Assembly (NCBI GenBank): GCA_029934705.1
Contig: JAOZLS010000001.1
Location: 1-42,745, forward strand
Origin: Bacteroidales bacterium
GTDB lineage: Bacteria > Bacteroidota > Bacteroidia > Bacteroidales > JAADGE01
Direction: 5' to 3'
Length of the DNA stretch: 42,745 bases
Shown here: one piece after another, positions 41,098 to 42,745 of the stretch
How positions within the stretch are numbered: position 1 is the first letter of the stretch
Layout of the letters: each line of letters opens with the position of its first letter
Notes under the pieces: model-generated
What the model saw: only the letters and a program-made list of their open reading frames with translations
Databases searched by the model: none
Told to the model about the DNA's origin: nothing
Translations under genes and position numbers: made by a program

Positions 41098-42745
41098 CTA
41101 TTTTATTTTAAAACCAATAACGGTAATATCGTCACGCTGTGTTGTATTTACCATGTGTTTATCTAAACTTTCCTCCAAAATAATTTGTTGAGTTTTCATA
41201 TCTTTATCAATATTTTCAACTATAATATCTATAAGCTTATTTGTACCAAATCGTTTACGCTGTTCATCATTTTGATCTACATAGCCATCGGTAGTCAAAT
41301 AAACAATATCTCCCCTATTAATTTCAATAGATGTTTCAGTATATTCACTTGTATTAAATTTTGATTTATAACCGCCTATTGATTTACGTGTTGTTTTAAA
41401 AACATTAAATTCTTTTTTCTCTTTTTGGTAGATAAATACAGGTCTTTTAGCTCCGGCAAAAGATAGAGTTTGTTTTCCTTCAAAATCAGTTTCTATTTTA
41501 CACAAAGCCATATCTAATCCATCTTTATTGTCGGAAGAATCTTGTTTAAGAGCCTTTCTAATAGACTTATTTAGCTGAGTAAGAATTTCGGCAGGCGAAA
41601 ATATAAGTTTCTCATTTATAATTTCGGAAAGTAACCTACTGCTAATCATCGACATAAATGCCCCTGGCACTCCATGTCCTGTACAATCAACTACTGCAAT
41701 AAATTTTTTATCTGTAAGTTTTCTTTCAGTTGACATCGGTAAATGGTTTGTCCAATAAAAATCTCCACTTACAATATCTTTAGGTCTAAATAAAATAAAA
41801 CTTTCAAAAAACTGGTCAAATTTTTCTTTCACAGGTAATATTGCTTGTTGAATAGTTTGTGCATACCTAATACTTGCTTTTATTTGATCATTTTTATATT
41901 TTATTTTATCGTTTATAACTTCTAATAAATCTTTTTGAGCTGAAATTTCATCATTTTTCTCAAGTATTTGAACTTCAAAAGCTTTTAAATCTGAAATATC
42001 AGAATCAATTCCTATTACTTTTACTACATTATTTTTTATATCGAGTATTGGTGTTAAGGTTGTTTGAATCCATATTTTATTATTACTTTTAGTAATAAAT
42101 GAAGACTCATAGCTTTCTGAGCTTTTATTATTAATACATTCATTAAAAGCTATTTTTACATTATTATTTGTTGATGTTTGTAATATATTATCACCAAATT
42201 TTGCAATATAATCTCTAAAATGGTAGCCATATAGTCTATAAGATCCTTCATTCATCCATTCAAATTTACCGTTAGAGTCCATAATAGCAATTGCATTATC
42301 GGTTTCACGAGCAATAGTTGAAAGATTTTCAAGTTCTTCATTCATCTCTGTTAACTCATCGTTTATTGCGATTAGTTCTTCTTTTTGGGCTAATATTTCT
42401 TCATTCTGTTGTTTAATTTCGGTTGTTCTTTGGTCAACAATCATTTCTAGATTTTTATTTTGAAAATCCAATGTTTCAGTAAGTTCTTCGTTACGAACAA
42501 ATGCTTTAGAAAATCTTAGTGCAATAATATATGATTGTGCAAAAATAAAAACAAGAAGCCCCCAGGGTATAAGTTCAATTGTATTAATAGTTTGACTTAC
42601 GTATAGCATATCATTAACAGTAGTTAAAGCAACAGCAACAGCCCCAACAAGGAAAATAAAGGCTCCTCCTTTTTTTCTTATTATTGCTTTAATTAGTCCA
42701 TAAATTGCATAAACTAAAAGGAATAGAATAACTATTTGATACGGT
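41098..42745 (-). CDS. 7TM-receptor (7TMR-DISM-like) / PAS / PP2C-SpoIIE phosphatase signalling protein; the N-terminus lies outside the window
   Basis: The reading frame stays open upstream of the listed ATG to the window edge (PYQIVILFLLVYAIYGLIKAIIRKKGGAFIFLVGAVAVALTTVNDMLY...). It contains a coiled coil, a PAS segment (NAIAIMDSNGKFEWMNEGSYRLYGY) and a SpoIIE domain (SGDFYW...VVDCTGHGVPGAFMSM...DDITVIGFKI). Confidence 0.85.
   Translation of the reverse strand, partial: PYQIVILFLLVYAIYGLIKAIIRKKGGAFIFLVGAVAVALTTVNDMLYVSQTINTIELIPWGLLVFIFAQSYIIALRFSKAFVRNEELTETLDFQNKNLEMIVDQRTTEIKQQNEEILAQKEELIAINDELTEMNEELENLSTIARETDNAIAIMDSNGKFEWMNEGSYRLYGYHFRDYIAKFGDNILQTSTNNNVKIAFNECINNKSSESYESSFITKSNNKIWIQTTLTPILDIKNNVVKVIGIDSDISDLKAFEVQILEKNDEISAQKDLLEVINDKIKYKNDQIKASIRYAQTIQQAILPVKEKFDQFFESFILFRPKDIVSGDFYWTNHLPMSTERKLTDKKFIAVVDCTGHGVPGAFMSMISSRLLSEIINEKLIFSPAEILTQLNKSIRKALKQDSSDNKDGLDMALCKIETDFEGKQTLSFAGAKRPVFIYQKEKKEFNVFKTTRKSIGGYKSKFNTSEYTETSIEINRGDIVYLTTDGYVDQNDEQRKRFGTNKLIDIIVENIDKDMKTQQIILEESLDKHMVNTTQRDDITVIGFKIK

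Noticed and set aside
1-42745. The remaining short track ORFs of 60-90 aa: 2252-2434, 3918-4118, 4902-5102, 6896-7099, 8917-9126, 10664-10900, 13457-13639, 17067-17261, 17858-18084, 18112-18369, 18547-18816, 24093-24296, 25220-25450, 26922-27110, 27873-28061, 29026-29232, 30236-30469, 31500-31709, 33006-33239, 33879-34100, 35946-36188, 39773-39964
   Set aside because: Each is embedded in, or largely overlaps, a longer ORF with recognisable motifs, either antisense or out of frame. None has an independent promoter or terminator, or any recognisable domain.

Overview
AT-rich (about 30% GC by eye) chromosomal segment that looks like a Bacteroidota genome. Supporting signs are TAnnTTTG -7 promoter boxes ahead of many genes, a MurF-Alr fusion, a PorP/SprF-like barrel, an XrtF-type exosortase and PadR-PspC modules. 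I support about 36 CDSs. The rest of the six-frame track is antisense shadow ORFs or TTG-extended N-termini. Housekeeping genes: RND/MMPL exporter (partial), polyprenyl synthase, MurF-like/alanine racemase fusion, CapD-type sugar dehydratase, tsaC, a GT4 glycosyltransferase, dapD, ilvE, glyQS, dusB, and an OmpR-type two-component pair divergent from a PiT phosphate transporter. I saw no rRNA, tRNA, CRISPR array, transposase, integrase or phage genes. Main lead (14960-15792): a 68-aa mini-protein made only of a signal peptide, a poly-Pro stub and a PEP-CTERM-like tail (P-I-D-G-G, TM helix, KK). It sits 26 nt upstream of a 193-aa XrtF-like exosortase and could be a minimal sortase/substrate pair. 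Secondary leads: (a) an uncharacterised envelope cluster at 30190-35053, with a lipoprotein, a PorP/SprF-like barrel and two tandem paralogous 4-Cys lipoproteins around a small membrane protein; (b) an ELP3-like radical SAM gene with a non-ATG start, translationally coupled to an unknown 230-aa ORF (39333-41025); (c) a convergent intergenic region packed with nested inverted repeats (39028-39332); (d) a class III nucleotidyl cyclase fused to an HD domain (22323-23717). All family calls come from motif recognition by eye. No database search was run.
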